Shown here: in pieces, positions 61,819 through 64,000 of the stretch
Layout: the number at the start of each line of letters is the position of its first letter
How positions within the stretch are numbered: position 1 is the stretch's first letter
Source: Gammaproteobacteria bacterium
GTDB lineage: Bacteria > Pseudomonadota > Gammaproteobacteria > Eutrophobiales > Eutrophobiaceae
Length of the DNA: 64,000 bases
NCBI GenBank assembly: GCA_965243205.1
Contig: CBDEUK010000001.1
Span: forward strand, 96,001-160,000
Direction of reading: 5' to 3'
Translations under genes and position numbers: made by a program
The notes under the pieces: generated by a model
The model's input: the letters and a program-made list of their open reading frames with translations, nothing else
The model's database searches: none
What the model was told of the DNA's origin: nothing

Positions 61819-61828
61819 GTTAACTCTT

Positions 61829-62089
61829 ATGAGTGTCCAAAAAAAACGCTTATTATGGTTATGCCGCAGGGGCATACGTGAGATGGATCTGTTATTTAAG
61901 CAATACATCGATGATAATTTTGATTCATTGAATCAAACACAACTTGAGATACTCGAAAGCTTCATGAATGAAGCCGACCTTGATATTATTGATTGGATCA
62001 TGGAACGTCGTGAAGTGACTAATCCTAGCTATCAATTGATCATTGATGAAATGAAAAATTTAAAATCCAAACATCCCCAAGAAAATTAA
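61829..62089 (+). CDS. sdhE: Succinate dehydrogenase FAD assembly factor SdhE
   Basis: RLLWLCRRGIREMDL (RGxxE) motif; start reset to ATG 61829. Confidence 0.9.
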   Translation: MSVQKKRLLWLCRRGIREMDLLFKQYIDDNFDSLNQTQLEILESFMNEADLDIIDWIMERREVTNPSYQLIIDEMKNLKSKHPQEN

Positions 62090-62096
62090 TTATTTT

Positions 62097-63011
62097 ATGA
62101 GTGATAACTTACATTTTGATTTATCACACTTCAGTGTTATCCAAATTTCAGGCAATGATGCGACTGAGTTTTTACAAAATCAATTAATCACAAATCTATC
62201 CGATTTAGAACACGCAGGTTGGTTATTAAGTGGCTGGTGTTTACCGAATGGTCGATTATTGGCTAACTTTATCTTATTTGAAAATCAAGATAGTTTCTTT
62301 TTGATCTTACCGTCAATGCTAAAGGAAAAGATTATAAAGCGACTTACAATGTTTGTACTGAGGTCTAAAGTCTCTATTGAAGATGTATCTGATAAGTACG
62401 CATTAATTGGCTTGGCTGGTGAAAATTCAAATAACCTTTTAAATCAAATTGATTCAACTTTTACACCTACAAAAAAACAGAATTTAAAAAGTTCTATCGT
62501 ATTACAAATGCCTGATGAAACACCTCGTTGGTTCATGATCATAAAAATTGATGAATTGAAATCCATTATGAATCAAATTTTGCTGGCATTTAAAGAAAGC
62601 GATCGAGCAAGCTGGAGTTTGCTGGATATTCAAGCTAGTTTACCTTGGATCACAGTAACAACAAGTGAACAATTCATTCCGCAAATGTTGAATTTGGATC
62701 AAACTGGTGGTTTAAGCTATGAAAAAGGATGCTACCCAGGACAAGAAATCATTGCTCGATTACATTATCGTGGTGAAGTAAAAAAACGTTTATTTATTGG
62801 AGAAGGAGAATCTGAAATCACTCCTGGACCTGCTGATCAAATAGAGAATACTGAGTCAAAAAAATTAGTCGGTGATATCATTGACGCTGAAACAGTTGAT
62901 GGCAAACGATTTCAATTTTTAGCCGTCGTTGAACTAAATGCATCAGAGAACGTTCAAATACGTGGTGAGGAAAAAATAGCTGTTAGCGTTCAAACACTAG
63001 CTGATTCATAA
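62097..63011 (+). CDS. ygfZ: Folate-binding Fe-S repair protein YgfZ
   Basis: G.DA..FLQ.Q and KGCYPGQEIIAR signature. Confidence 0.93.
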   Translation: MSDNLHFDLSHFSVIQISGNDATEFLQNQLITNLSDLEHAGWLLSGWCLPNGRLLANFILFENQDSFFLILPSMLKEKIIKRLTMFVLRSKVSIEDVSDKYALIGLAGENSNNLLNQIDSTFTPTKKQNLKSSIVLQMPDETPRWFMIIKIDELKSIMNQILLAFKESDRASWSLLDIQASLPWITVTTSEQFIPQMLNLDQTGGLSYEKGCYPGQEIIARLHYRGEVKKRLFIGEGESEITPGPADQIENTESKKLVGDIIDAETVDGKRFQFLAVVELNASENVQIRGEEKIAVSVQTLADS

Positions 63012-63064
63012 TTGATTAATAAAATACCATTACACTAATAACAAAATAGACTATCTAAAACACC

Positions 63065-63562
63065 ATGTTTTCAAGTAGAACTTTATTCACATATATTTAT
63101 GTTGCCTGTTTCGGGTTATTAGTATTCGGGCTTTATTTACAGCATTTTCAAGGTCTAGAACCTTGCCCACTCTGCATCTTTCAACGTATTGCCTATATCG
63201 CAGTCGGAATAGTTGCTTTTATAGCCGCAATTCACGGACCAAAGAAAATTTTCTCTATCATCTATTTCAGTATTATTGATCTTTTCGCTCTTTGCGGAGC
63301 AGTTATCGCAGGCCGACAAGTCTGGCTTCAACATTTACCTGAAGATAAAGTCCCAGCATGCGGTCCAGGTTTAGAGTACATGATGGATGTGTTTCCATTC
63401 ATGGAAATGTTAAGCATGGTATTTCAAGGTTCAGGCGAATGTGCTGAAGTACAATGGACTTTTTTAGGTTTCAGTATTGCTGAATGGAGTTTATTAATGT
63501 TTGTTCTTATTATCCTCACTTGCACTATTGGCACCATAATGAATTTAAAAAAGAGTGCTTAA
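63065..63562 (+). CDS. dsbB: Disulfide bond formation protein B
   Basis: EPCPLCIFQR, RQVWLQH, PACG and GSGECA..W motifs; four TM helices. Confidence 0.93.
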   Translation: MFSSRTLFTYIYVACFGLLVFGLYLQHFQGLEPCPLCIFQRIAYIAVGIVAFIAAIHGPKKIFSIIYFSIIDLFALCGAVIAGRQVWLQHLPEDKVPACGPGLEYMMDVFPFMEMLSMVFQGSGECAEVQWTFLGFSIAEWSLLMFVLIILTCTIGTIMNLKKSA

Positions 63563-63708
63563 TAGCAATCAATATTGAATGCGTTGTATTTCAATAGTTT
63601 ACTTACAATAATTTAATATTTTTCACCTTCTTAAATTGAAACTTACATAGTAAAGTCAATTCAAATCGAATTTATTATTTGATTAAATAAATTCTTAAAG
63701 GGGGAAAA

Positions 63709-64000
63709 ATGAAGAGCTTTAATTTATTAGTAGTCTTGATAATACTCACTATCTCTTCACTTAATACATCAGCAGCAACATATAATCTAACTTTCAAAGG
63801 TTTCTGGAATCCAGATCAGGTACCCCAAGGGACTTTTCCATCTGGGGCCCATTTTACTAATTTAGTAGGAGCATCTCATGTTCCAGGAAATCCTCTTTGG
63901 TATCCAGGACAAATAGCAACTCTCGGTATAGAAAATGTTGCTGAAAGAGGGAAATATGATGAACTAGAAAATGAAGTAATCAATTTACAAAATTCTGGAT
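63709..64000 (+). CDS. Partial secreted Spondin_N-domain protein
   Basis: Not in ORF track. GGGG RBS, signal peptide, then ATYNLTFKGFWNP...FPSGAHFTNLVGASH...LWYPGQIATLGIENVAERG; open to the window end. Confidence 0.75.
   Translation, partial: MKSFNLLVVLIILTISSLNTSAATYNLTFKGFWNPDQVPQGTFPSGAHFTNLVGASHVPGNPLWYPGQIATLGIENVAERGKYDELENEVINLQNSG

Overview
An AT-rich gammaproteobacterial chromosome segment; the taxon is inferred from the gltX-tRNA(Ala)-tRNA(Glu), ubiG-gph, ygfZ and dsbB gene context. (1) 1-24.6 kb is a minus-strand surface-glycan locus: epimerase, tviB-like and ugd dehydrogenases, cysC, rfaH and an EPS-type MarR regulator, then an ops-preceded block. That block encodes an ABC flippase, CDP-sugar enzymes, four methyltransferase-family genes, a 2OG-Fe(II) dioxygenase, aminotransferases, a ThDP E1alpha/E1beta pair followed by a lipoyl-domain/PglD-type acyltransferase fusion, and a divergent NeuB/SpsF nonulosonate module. 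(2) 24.9-35.7 kb holds two tandem paralogous secreted proteins of about 1800 aa with 8 and 7 near-identical ~100-aa repeats and a shared C-terminal domain. (3) Housekeeping tRNAs, gltX, leuCD and yhdH follow. (4) 41.3-54.4 kb has an FhaC/ShlB-type transporter, a parvulin chaperone and a putative sigma54-driven secreted protein, divergent from an adenylate cyclase-FHA / PP2C / Ser-Thr kinase-FGE-sulfatase / small SHOCT-like / EAL-HDOD module, with no T6SS genes in the window. (5) The right end carries mlaA, ubiG, gph, an sdhCDAB operon with DUF1674 and sdhE, ygfZ, dsbB and a partial Spondin_N protein. The best candidates for new biology are the E1-lipoyl-acyltransferase sugar-acylation module and the orphan phosphothreonine/cAMP module beside the TPS-like locus. 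All calls come from motif reading only; no searches were run.
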